DNA from: an uncultured virus (IMG/VR IMGVR_UViG_3300045996_002556)
Lineage: Duplodnaviria > Heunggongvirae > Uroviricota > Caudoviricetes
Direction: 5' to 3' (one strand)
DNA: 20,000 nt
IMG/VR virus record: IMGVR_UViG_3300045996_002556
The position numbers and the translations under genes are program-made. The notes under the pieces were generated by a model. It saw nothing but the letters and a program-made list of their open reading frames with translations, made no database searches and was not told where the DNA came from. This document shows, one piece after another, positions 1 through 7,257 of the stretch. The first letter of the stretch is position 1, and each line of letters opens with the position of its first letter.

Positions 1-489
1 GTGGTCCACGCCGGGATTGTCCACGACGAGCGCGGTGGTAGCCGTGCCCGCACCGCTGGCCTGCGCCAGCTTGCCGGTGCCGTCGCCGAACACGATCTGG
101 CGGCCCACATCGTAGCCGACGGACTCGCGGATACCGTCCATTTCCATCCGCAAGGCCGAGGCGAACGCCCCGGTGTTGGACTTGGACTGGCGCACCACTG
201 GTCCGGACAGCTTGATCTTGCCGTAGATCCGTTTGACTTCCAGGGTCATCTGGGTGATGCCCTGCTGCTGCGCCGCCGGAAGAGCCGCGAGTTCGGCTCG
301 CGCGCCAACCGCCTGCGAGCGGCGGTAGTGCGCCGCGATGTGGGTGGTCTTGCCGTTGAAGACGCTCTTATCGGTCTGGCGCTGGAGGCGCTTGTAGGCC
401 GGAACGTCCTTGTAGAACTGCCCCCGGATGCGGGGCATATAGACCTCTTTGAAGAGGCCGTCGAGAGTGGTGAGATTGGCTGCTGCCAT
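1..489 (-). CDS. Major capsid protein (HK97-fold type), 5' part; runs off the window
   Basis: Not in the ORF track. Manual translation from ATG at 489 (SD GAGGA): MAAANLTTLDGLFKEVYMPRIRGQF...KRIYGKIKLSGPVVRQSKSNTGAFASALRMEMDGIRESVGYDVGRQIVFGDGTGKLA..., open to position 1. It lies directly after the scaffold gene, and the YG-I-SG...GAF...FGDGTG pattern is typical of phage capsid proteins. Confidence 0.85.
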   Translation of the reverse strand, partial: MAAANLTTLDGLFKEVYMPRIRGQFYKDVPAYKRLQRQTDKSVFNGKTTHIAAHYRRSQAVGARAELAALPAAQQQGITQMTLEVKRIYGKIKLSGPVVRQSKSNTGAFASALRMEMDGIRESVGYDVGRQIVFGDGTGKLAQASGAGTATTALVVDNPGVDH

Positions 490-529
490 CGGAGTTCCTC
501 GTCAGAGTGAGGGCCTCCGCGGTAGCGGC

Positions 530-1609
530 TTACGCGTGGCGTCCGGTAGCCTCCAGATAGGACTTGGTGGCGCGCTCTACATCCAGATTGGAGAGAGCGG
601 CCGGGTCGAACTGGACAGCCGGCGACGGGGAAGCCCCGCCGGCCACGACGGGCCGCTGTTGCGCGGCGGCCGATTGGTGAACGGCCTCCGCTGAAAGCTG
701 ATTGCGATACACCCGCTGATACCGGTCGAGCAGCGCCTGGGCGTGGAACTCCATCGGACGCCCGCTGGCGTCGTCGGACCACGCGCGGATCAGGTCCTGC
801 TGCAGTTCGGTATCTGCAAAGGCGGTGAACTTGCCCTTGACCACCTCCAGTTCGGCGGCCCACGCGGAGGCTTGCGCCTGACGCTCCGCTTCCTGCCGGG
901 CCGTGTCGATGGCCTGGCGCTCTGCTTCGCGCTGTTGCTCCCAGGTGGTGAGCTTCTGCGTGGTTTCGTCCATGCGGGCCTGAATGGCGCGCTGGATCTC
1001 TTCCGCCTGCTGACGCGCCTGGATGGCTTGCTGGTGGCTCTCGAAGGACGCCTCCAGGGCCGCATAGGCGGCGGCGGGCATGTCGGGGTCAAACCGGTCC
1101 ACGTTCCGCGCTTCGCACCACGCGTCGAAGTCCAGCGCCGCCGGAGCAGTGGGGACCTCGGGGGCAGGTGCAGCCTGCGGAGCGGGGGCCGGGGCTTCGA
1201 GCGCCGCGAGGATTTGCTCGGGCGAGAAACCGGCCTGGCTAAAACGGCTGATTACCGTTTGGTAGCCTGCAATCGCTTCCAGCTCGGAGAGCCGAGTAGT
1301 TGCGTCTTTCAGCCGCGTGTTCACTTCATCGAAGCGAGAACGCGGGATGTGGGCGCTGCGCTGCTCCGCCGTGTCTGTACCGCCGACACTCGCGGGGGTT
1401 TCGGGAGCAGGAGTCTCCACGGCCGTAGGTGCCGCCACCGTTTCCGGGGCTGCAGGCACCGCGGGCATCTCGGCAGCCGGTTCGGCGAAGAAGCCGCTGG
1501 TGCCGAGGTAACTGGTGATTTCGTCCACCCCTACCGGGGCGTCGTAGTTCGCAGGGGGCGAGCCCGCGTCCGGCGTGCCAGAGTTTACCGCCAGGTCCAT
1601 TCCGTCCAT
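530..1609 (-). CDS. Capsid scaffolding protein (359 aa)
   Basis: Start moved from 1936 to ATG 1609 (SD AAAGGA). Acidic Pro/Ala-rich N-terminus, IPRSRFDEVN motif common in phage scaffolds, and a long Q/E/A coiled coil. Immediately upstream of the capsid gene. Confidence 0.8.
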   Translation of the reverse strand: MDGMDLAVNSGTPDAGSPPANYDAPVGVDEITSYLGTSGFFAEPAAEMPAVPAAPETVAAPTAVETPAPETPASVGGTDTAEQRSAHIPRSRFDEVNTRLKDATTRLSELEAIAGYQTVISRFSQAGFSPEQILAALEAPAPAPQAAPAPEVPTAPAALDFDAWCEARNVDRFDPDMPAAAYAALEASFESHQQAIQARQQAEEIQRAIQARMDETTQKLTTWEQQREAERQAIDTARQEAERQAQASAWAAELEVVKGKFTAFADTELQQDLIRAWSDDASGRPMEFHAQALLDRYQRVYRNQLSAEAVHQSAAAQQRPVVAGGASPSPAVQFDPAALSNLDVERATKSYLEATGRHA

Positions 1610-1772
1610 GCAGTTCCTTTCGGAGGTGCGCACGTTTACCGCCCGTGCGCCAGGCGAAGGCCGCTCCCGGAGTTGCACCGGATGGCTGTTGCGGCCAGAA
1701 AGCAGCACAGGCCACCCCGCGAAGGAGTGACCTGCCTGTGCTGCGCCGATATGGAGTTGAAGGGTTGCTCCC
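1610..1772 (-). promoter_or_regulatory. Structured intergenic leader upstream of the scaffold gene (several stem-loops, one terminator-like)
   Basis: Stem 1702-1711/1735-1744 with an alternative inner stem 1710-1718/1724-1732 (G-U pairs only on the minus strand, loop UUCGC) followed by UUUCU. Further stems are GGCCGC/GCGGCC, GCGCACG/CGTGCGC and UCC-GAAA-GGA over the SD. Confidence 0.55.
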
Positions 1773-2090
1773 CTACAGTTCGAGTGTCTCCAGCATCCCG
1801 AGAAGTTGGCGCTGCGAGCCCAAGAGCCGCGCGTCCAGACTACCGAGCCGAGAGGCCAGTGGCGACTCCAGGGGGCTATTGGCCGGGCTTTCCGCCACGC
1901 CATCCTCGCAAACAGTGACGCGCAGCACCGGGCCAAGCCGTTCTGCCAGCCTGCAAGTCACATCCTGAAGTTCGATCTGGCGCTTATTCAGTCGCTCCAG
2001 CGCCACCTCAATCGGGCTCAGGTCCCGAGCTACAGCAGGCATCGTCATCTTCCCGCTGCTCGCGCTACCCATCGCATAACCATGATCCAT
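1773..2090 (-). CDS. Hypothetical protein, predicted coiled-coil (105 aa)
   Basis: AGGAGG SD before ATG 2090; Leu-rich heptad-like helices; overlaps the upstream gene. Confidence 0.6.
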   Translation of the reverse strand: MDHGYAMGSASSGKMTMPAVARDLSPIEVALERLNKRQIELQDVTCRLAERLGPVLRVTVCEDGVAESPANSPLESPLASRLGSLDARLLGSQRQLLGMLETLEL

Positions 2091-2358
2091 TCATTCCTCC
2101 TATCTCTTCTCGCGTTGCATCCATCTGCCGCACTTCGCGGGGGAGCGGCTTGGCCGACAGTTTCTCCGAATGGCAAAGCCAACAGCGCGGGTTACCGCAG
2201 TCCGTCGGGTGCATCTTGCGCGAACGACCGCGCTGCTCCGGGGACATTTCCGCCGCGCTCCATACGCGGCCGGTCTGCGGGCCATAGAAGGTCTGCCACC
2301 ACTTGACCCTTCGGGCAACGATGCGCTCAGTGCGGGCTCGACGTTGTCCGCGGTCCAT
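2065..2358 (-). CDS. Hypothetical basic protein with H-x3-C-x4-C-x2-C-H cluster (97 aa)
   Basis: Start moved to ATG 2358 (SD AGGAGG): MDRGQRRARTERIVARRVKWW...MHPTDCGNPRCWLCHSEK. Possible Zn-binding. Confidence 0.65.
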   Translation of the reverse strand: MDRGQRRARTERIVARRVKWWQTFYGPQTGRVWSAAEMSPEQRGRSRKMHPTDCGNPRCWLCHSEKLSAKPLPREVRQMDATREEIGGMNGSWLCDG

Positions 2359-2366
2359 CTGACCTC

Positions 2367-2795
2367 CTACTCGCTCTTGCTCCACTTTTCGTTCGGATCG
2401 AGCGCCCACACCCACTTGTACACGTCCTGCGCAAGCTGGCCGATGGAATAGCAGATCGGCTCCTCCAGCGCCATCGGGATGCCCTCGCACCGGAGCGCTC
2501 CGAGCGTCACCCGCTGTAGGTGGAACGCCCCGTGCAGGCATTCGTGAAATACCAGTTCGCTATCCCAGTCCCCGCGCACCAGATGCACGTCGCCGAGACG
2601 ACGCTTCTCCAGCAGTCAAGAGCCCGAAAGGGTGTCACCGCAGACAAAACACGCCCGGCAGTCGTCGTTCCACTCCAGCCCGCGTTTCGCCAGATGAACG
2701 TTCATCTGGTTCCGGCTCGACCACAGCACGGCGCGGACGTGGTAGCCCGGATGCGCGTAGAGGGAGAACCAGTGGAGGTTGGGCTTCTTGCTCAC
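2367..2795 (-). pseudogene. HExxH metallopeptidase-like gene with one in-frame TGA (2616-2618)
   Basis: GTG 2795 overlaps the upstream stop (GTGA). ORF-track pieces 2616..2936 and 2367..2588 are in the same frame: ...CGDTLSGS*LLEKRRLGDVHLVRGDWDSELVFHECLHGAFHL...ALEEPICYSIGQL. The full frame is 142 codons plus stop. Confidence 0.65.
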
Positions 2796-3130
2796 ATCCC
2801 GCCTTCCATCGCCATCACCGCATCGGCCCGAGCAGGATCTATCCCTGCATGCGCTGCCGATACTTCGGGTTGGAGTGCCACCCACGCATCGCACGTCCCA
2901 TCGGCCTCTACCGGATAGCCGTTGAATAACGAGCATCCCTGCGTTGCCCCGCTAAAGTACTCGCAGGTTGCGCACGACTGCTCCGGCTGCGGCGCCTGCT
3001 CCGTGTAGTTCGGCGGCGTCTCCCCACCCTCGGCCGGAGCCTGGGGTGCCATCGGGAGTTCGCGAGGCTGAGCCGCACCCGGGCCAAGTAGCTCACGGGC
3101 GAATTGCTGTCGATCCATCGGAATGTTCAT
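2792..3130 (-). CDS. Small protein with HiPIP-like 4-Cys domain (112 aa)
   Basis: ATG 3130. PNY-x9-SCATCEYF-x6-CSLF-x4-V-x3-GTCDAW matches the Cys and aromatic spacing of high-potential iron-sulfur proteins. No twin-arginine signal seen. Confidence 0.65.
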   Translation of the reverse strand: MNIPMDRQQFARELLGPGAAQPRELPMAPQAPAEGGETPPNYTEQAPQPEQSCATCEYFSGATQGCSLFNGYPVEADGTCDAWVALQPEVSAAHAGIDPARADAVMAMEGGM

Positions 3131-3221
3131 GCTGTTTTCTCGGCCCAAAAACCCGCGGGCCCTTTTACGTGCTGATCGTGCCTGAAAGCGACCATCGCAG
3201 GCACGTAATACGCTGGGCCCC

Positions 3222-5267
3222 TTACTGCGGAGCTCCTGGCATCGGCATCATTGGGACTTCGGGCAGCGGCAACCCGGCCGCATCCCGCTGCGCCGCGATC
3301 TGGTGACCGAGCAACTGCCCCGTCTCCTGCGCTTCACCCTCCAGGGCAGCGGCGTGCTCCGCCTCTTCCTGCGCCGCGAGGGCTTCCTGCCCCAGCGCGG
3401 CCTGCTCCTCTGCCTGTCGCTGTTGTTCGGCTTGCTCCTCTTGCAGCATCGACACCACATCCATCTCGTTCATCAACGTGAACACGCGGATCTGGAACTG
3501 GATCGGCATCTGCGGGCTGAGCAGTCCAGCGTTGTGGTAATCGAGGAGCCGCTGCCGCTTGGCCGCGATAGAGTCGGAGACCCCTTCACCTTCTTCCAGC
3601 CCGACCTCGGTGTTCCCGTAGAGGTCGGAGCCCATGAAGGCCACCGCGCCCGCTTCCACGTTGCGCCCGAGCGTGCGGATGAGCCGCGGCACGGTATAGA
3701 GTTCCTGCGCGTACTCCAACAGCAGTTGGTCAAGCTGCTTCAGGCTGTCGCCAGCAAAGGTCGTCGGGATCGCCAGCCGGCTCTCATCCGCCTGCTGCGC
3801 CAGATCAATCGCTACCCCGGACGAAAGTCCGGTAGGTGTCGCCCCGGTGGAGGCTTCGTGGATACCGGCGATGCGCTGCATCCGCTCCACGATCCGGTCC
3901 GGCTGCTCCAGGATCTCGGCCGGGGTCGGCGGCGGGGACAGCGGGACCGGAGGGCCGCCCTGCTGGTTGTACTCCACCACCTCGCCGGGGCCGCTGTGGA
4001 GCGCATCCTCCTCGATCTTCGACTCGCGCGCCACGCCCCACTTCGGGCGAGACGTGAACGCCTGGTTTTCAACCGCTTGGCTTTCAGAGCGGTTCAACTG
4101 ACGCTGCTGGTCGATCAGATCCTCGACCCAGCCCGAGCCCCACAGGCGGCCCGGTATCCACATCCCGTAATAGGGGATGAGGGGGAACCGCGCTTTGGGG
4201 TGGGGGAGGCTCTGCTCTGCCCAGAGTTGGACGCCGTTAGCGACCACCACGAAGCGCCCGCGGGGATACCGCTTACTCTTCGCCTCGTAGTACTCCAGCA
4301 CGCGCACCGAGTCATCGGGACTATCAGCCGTGCCACCTACCGAAAGGGGCACTCCGCCCCCGGCCGGCGCTGCCGCATCGCGCTCCATCGCGGCAAAGAG
4401 ATCAGTTTCCAGGTTGTCGGGCCGGACCAGGATGCCGCGCTCCGGGAACCGCGTGCGCACCCACTCCAGCGTCCGCACGCGAGCCACCACGGCCCACGAC
4501 ACGTCTTCCCACCACTGCACCGGCTGCGGGAACACGCGCCACACGTCCAGCACTTCCCACTGCACGTCGCCGATCCACGCTTCCTGACCGCGCACCAGCA
4601 TCTGCGGCGCGTCCGGCACCTGCCCGAAGCGCGGGTTCGGCTCCTCGAACGCGACCTGCGTGGCGGCCAGCGGGTCCCAGTAGGGGAGCACAAACGCCGT
4701 CCCGTAGATGGTCGAGAGCAATTCGAGCTGGAGGCGCTTCCGATCCCGCGACGTGATGCGATCACAATGACGCAGGAACCGGGTGGCGAGCTTTGCGGCC
4801 TCGACATCCTGCGGGTCGAGCGGGTTGTTCGGCTGGCCGAAGGTGATGTGTCGCGCCCGCGCTCGCTTGGCGGCGATGGTGTTCGCCAGCATCTTGATTT
4901 GTTGGTCCTTCAGCCGGACGCGCCAGGATGGCACGGAGTCATTCCGCACTAACTGGCGGCGATACGGCTCCCAGGTCCGGTAGTGGTCTCCGACATAGAA
5001 CGCGAGACATTCGGCCCACGTCTGCAAGTAGGGATCTTTCGCCCGCTTGGCGGCATCGTAGCGGCGCTCCACGAAGCGCACGAGGTCGATCTCGCCCTGC
5101 GTCGGCTGGAAGTGCGCCAGGATCTCCGCCTGCTCGCGGCGCGACTGCTCCTCCGGGTCGGGATCGGGGCGAGCGCCGCCGCCCCGGAGCGGAGGCGTGC
5201 CGGGGCGTCCGCGGAGGAACGGGGGGATCAGGCCCGCGAACGGGTTGCTGGAAGCAGAGAAGGCCAT
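3222..5267 (-). CDS. Portal protein (head-tail connector, P22-like size, 681 aa)
   Basis: Located between terL and the scaffold. Shows portal-type patterns WAECLAFYVGDH, FPLIPY...PGRLWGSGWVEDLIDQQRQLN, PGEVVEY, SGVAIDLAQQADE, and a Q/E/P-rich C-tail. Confidence 0.9.
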   Translation of the reverse strand: MAFSASSNPFAGLIPPFLRGRPGTPPLRGGGARPDPDPEEQSRREQAEILAHFQPTQGEIDLVRFVERRYDAAKRAKDPYLQTWAECLAFYVGDHYRTWEPYRRQLVRNDSVPSWRVRLKDQQIKMLANTIAAKRARARHITFGQPNNPLDPQDVEAAKLATRFLRHCDRITSRDRKRLQLELLSTIYGTAFVLPYWDPLAATQVAFEEPNPRFGQVPDAPQMLVRGQEAWIGDVQWEVLDVWRVFPQPVQWWEDVSWAVVARVRTLEWVRTRFPERGILVRPDNLETDLFAAMERDAAAPAGGGVPLSVGGTADSPDDSVRVLEYYEAKSKRYPRGRFVVVANGVQLWAEQSLPHPKARFPLIPYYGMWIPGRLWGSGWVEDLIDQQRQLNRSESQAVENQAFTSRPKWGVARESKIEEDALHSGPGEVVEYNQQGGPPVPLSPPPTPAEILEQPDRIVERMQRIAGIHEASTGATPTGLSSGVAIDLAQQADESRLAIPTTFAGDSLKQLDQLLLEYAQELYTVPRLIRTLGRNVEAGAVAFMGSDLYGNTEVGLEEGEGVSDSIAAKRQRLLDYHNAGLLSPQMPIQFQIRVFTLMNEMDVVSMLQEEQAEQQRQAEEQAALGQEALAAQEEAEHAAALEGEAQETGQLLGHQIAAQRDAAGLPLPEVPMMPMPGAPQ

Positions 5268-5271
5268 GAGC

Positions 5272-5676
5272 TTAGCGCCACCGAGTTAGCACGCCCCGGC
5301 AAAGCGCGGGCCAGGACATCAGGCAACCATCATGCGGAGCGCGAGCGAGGTCGTACGCCGTCCGCAGCACCTCGCAATGCATTCGCTTCGATCGGGCGCA
5401 GGCCCACCAGAAGGCCCAGGAGGCGACACGCCAGCCATCCGCGCGGGCGTAGATCGCGTCGCCGCTACACGCCTCGTAATCCACCTCGCGCAGCGGCCAC
5501 GGCAGGCCAGCAACCAAGGAGCGCACTACTCGCGGGACGCGCACCGGCGCCCAGGTCGGGCCTTCCCAGAGGTAGAGGCGGCGTTCCACGCGGGACACGG
5601 CACCCGGGCCGCTGGTCAGGGTGGTAGCGTGGCCGACGTGGCCGGTGATGGTGGCGTAGCGCATGGGTTTGGGCAT
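5272..5676 (-). CDS. Hypothetical protein, Trp/Arg-rich (start 5676 or 5664)
   Basis: Fills the gap before the portal and ends 4 nt before its start. No clear SD, so the start is uncertain. Confidence 0.5.
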   Translation of the reverse strand: MPKPMRYATITGHVGHATTLTSGPGAVSRVERRLYLWEGPTWAPVRVPRVVRSLVAGLPWPLREVDYEACSGDAIYARADGWRVASWAFWWACARSKRMHCEVLRTAYDLARAPHDGCLMSWPALCRGVLTRWR

Positions 5677-5678
5677 AC

Positions 5679-5711
5679 AAAAAGCCCCCGGACGCAAGGG
5701 CGCAGGGGCTT
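5679..5711 (-). terminator. Intrinsic terminator-like hairpin
   Basis: Minus strand AAGCCCCT-GCGCCCTTGCGTCC-GGGGGCTTTTT: GC stem followed by a U-tract, 23 nt downstream of the 5735 stop. Confidence 0.65.
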
Positions 5712-5734
5712 CAATAGGGTTCGGTTAAGAGAGG

Positions 5735-5992
5735 TCAGATCATATCGGGAAGCGCGGCATTCATCTGGGCTACCCACTCCGCGCGCTGTCGCAATTTGGG
5801 CTGGATTACCTGCTCGAACGCTGCGGAATGCGCGGAACGAGGGGTGCGCATCCACATCTCATAATCGATCCCCGCCAAGACGTAATGGAGCACCTCGTCA
5901 GAGAAGTGCTCGCCGAAAAAATCAATGGAGTGTCGCCGGATCTCCGAGACGAAATGGGCGGGTGCTTTCGGTTCCGGCAGGGTTATGGTCAC
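5735..5992 (-). CDS. Hypothetical protein (85 aa)
   Basis: GTG start overlaps the upstream stop (GTGA coupling); followed by a terminator-like hairpin. Confidence 0.6.
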   Translation of the reverse strand: MTITLPEPKAPAHFVSEIRRHSIDFFGEHFSDEVLHYVLAGIDYEMWMRTPRSAHSAAFEQVIQPKLRQRAEWVAQMNAALPDMI

Positions 5993-6234
5993 TGCTCGCT
6001 CCTCTCGCGTTCCAACTCGGCTTCGCGCTCATCCGTCCACGGCTTGCGCTTCACCGGCTCTACGGGCAGCAGGGGCACACCAGGCACTAATCGCTGCAGC
6101 AGGGCGAGCCGCTCTTGCTCCCACGCCTTGCGGTCCGCGTCATACTGCTGGCGGTCCCGGTCGCGCAGGTGGGAGACAGCGACCACGCCGAGGAGCAGGC
6201 CGGCGAAGAGGGCGGCGGCGGGGTCAACGTGCAT
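5989..6234 (-). CDS. Small membrane-anchored protein: N-terminal hydrophobic helix plus charged coiled coil (81 aa)
   Basis: ATG 6234: MHVDPAAALFAGLLLGVVAVSHLRDRDRQQYDADRKAWEQERLALLQRL. Confidence 0.7.
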   Translation of the reverse strand: MHVDPAAALFAGLLLGVVAVSHLRDRDRQQYDADRKAWEQERLALLQRLVPGVPLLPVEPVKRKPWTDEREAELERERSEQ

Positions 6235-6427
6235 CGTCGCCTTCGAGCCGCGTCTCCACCGCAAGCCCGTCCACGTAGCGGCGCTGGATCGCATTGCCGA
6301 TACGGCCCACGCGAACGACCATCTCCCGCGGAGCGCCGGGCGGGTAGACTCTTGGCCGCGATTGCTCCCGCGCCATCAGTCGGTCCGCTTCCATCGTGTA
6401 AAGAGTTCGGGTTAAGGGGTCCATCAT
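6224..6427 (-). CDS. Hypothetical protein (67 aa)
   Basis: ATG 6427 overlaps the upstream stop (ATGA): MMDPLTRTLYTMEADRL... Confidence 0.55.
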   Translation of the reverse strand: MMDPLTRTLYTMEADRLMAREQSRPRVYPPGAPREMVVRVGRIGNAIQRRYVDGLAVETRLEGDDAR

Positions 6428-6531
6428 CGCATCTTCCAGGGGCGCTTGCACTTCAGGCACGCCAGCACGCCGTTCAGCAACTCCCAGCGGCAGGTCTTGC
6501 ATCGCGAGCAGGTCGCCCAGGCATTAGGCAT
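6424..6531 (-). CDS. Zinc-ribbon-like miniprotein (35 aa)
   Basis: Below the ORF-track cutoff: MPNAWATCSRCKTCRWELLNGVLACLKCKRPWKMR. Two CxxC pairs, SD AGGAG, and overlaps with both neighbours. Confidence 0.6.
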   Translation of the reverse strand: MPNAWATCSRCKTCRWELLNGVLACLKCKRPWKMR

Positions 6532-6709
6532 CTGTGGCTCCTGCAACTGCTTCGGCGCGCACGGCGCGCACGATGGCGTCTTCGAGGTTCTGGAACTCCA
6601 GCAGCGCCCCTAGCGCTGCGGCTTCAGCCGATAGGCCCGAATCTTTGGCACGCAGGTGGGACGCCAGTGCGAGCATCCAGTGCTCGCGATGCTGCTTCGG
6701 AGCGTACAT
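6524..6709 (-). CDS. Hypothetical protein (61 aa)
   Basis: GGAGGT SD; the ATG directly abuts the upstream TGA. Confidence 0.65.
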   Translation of the reverse strand: MYAPKQHREHWMLALASHLRAKDSGLSAEAAALGALLEFQNLEDAIVRAVRAEAVAGATDA

Positions 6710-6999
6710 TCACACCTCCCGTAGTCGCAGCGCACGCTCGATCAGCAATGCCAAGTGTTTAAGATCCTTCTCCATCGCGATCACCCCAAAGCCCCCAGGG
6801 GTATGAATCCCCGGCAATGCTGGAGCCCACTCGGCGATTATCTGACGAGCCGCTTCTTCTACTTCGTCGTCCGCCGTTCTCCCCCAACTCACCAGAGTGA
6901 TTTGAGAGGGAGTGGTGGGCTCAACTGGAGCGCACTCCAGCGCGGTGGGGCTAGTCTTGATCCACGCCCATTTCCACATTCACATACCTCCCGTAGTCG
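6706..6999. repeat. Imperfect direct repeat pair (6706-6727, 6976-6999) flanking one gene
   Basis: acattcac--acctcccgtagtcg vs acattcacatacctcccgtagtcg, identical except for a 2-nt indel. Each copy contains an SD, a stop and a start codon on the minus strand. Confidence 0.8.
6710..6979 (-). CDS. Hypothetical protein (89 aa)
   Basis: GGAGGT SD before ATG 6979; bounded by the direct repeats. Confidence 0.65.
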   Translation of the reverse strand: MWKWAWIKTSPTALECAPVEPTTPSQITLVSWGRTADDEVEEAARQIIAEWAPALPGIHTPGGFGVIAMEKDLKHLALLIERALRLREV

Positions 7000-7044
7000 G
7001 GTCGAGTATTACGAATTCAGGCCACGAAGAGCCTTGGGCTCCCT

Positions 7045-7257
7045 TCAACCCTTCGTGGAGCCAGTTGCGAGTATTACGCAGTCGCACCGCCCGCAAAAGC
7101 GATGCTCTCGCCGACGATAGATCTGCCCACCATCGGCCAGGATCTGCGTGCCGAGACTTTCCATGTGGATCATCAGGCACGGCACTTCACAGCGGCAGGG
7201 CGACGGCGCCAAGCGAACATCGGCCAGGATCTCGGTGAGTGGAATTGCTGCTACCAT
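7045..7257 (-). CDS. Hypothetical Cys-rich protein (70 aa)
   Basis: ATG overlaps the terL stop; contains CxC and CxxC. The alternative frame 6980..7180 cannot be excluded. Confidence 0.4.
   Translation of the reverse strand: MVAAIPLTEILADVRLAPSPCRCEVPCLMIHMESLGTQILADGGQIYRRREHRFCGRCDCVILATGSTKG

Noticed and set aside
1610..1936. 109-aa N-terminal extension of the scaffold in the ORF track
   Set aside because: Overlaps another gene and the structured leader; ATG 1609 has a proper SD.
2616..2618. Genome-wide UGA reassignment
   Set aside because: TGA acts as a normal stop in many coupled junctions here (2792, 5989, 6424, 6710, 11757, 13499), and the long genes contain no in-frame TGA.
5989..6234. 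Holin or spanin assignment for the single-TM protein
   Set aside because: No endolysin or lipoprotein partner is nearby, so a lysis function cannot be supported.
7131..7232. 15-bp direct repeat CATCGGCCAGGATCT (7131-7145, 7218-7232)
   Set aside because: Both copies are in frame within one small ORF (ILAD twice); no supporting mobile-element features.
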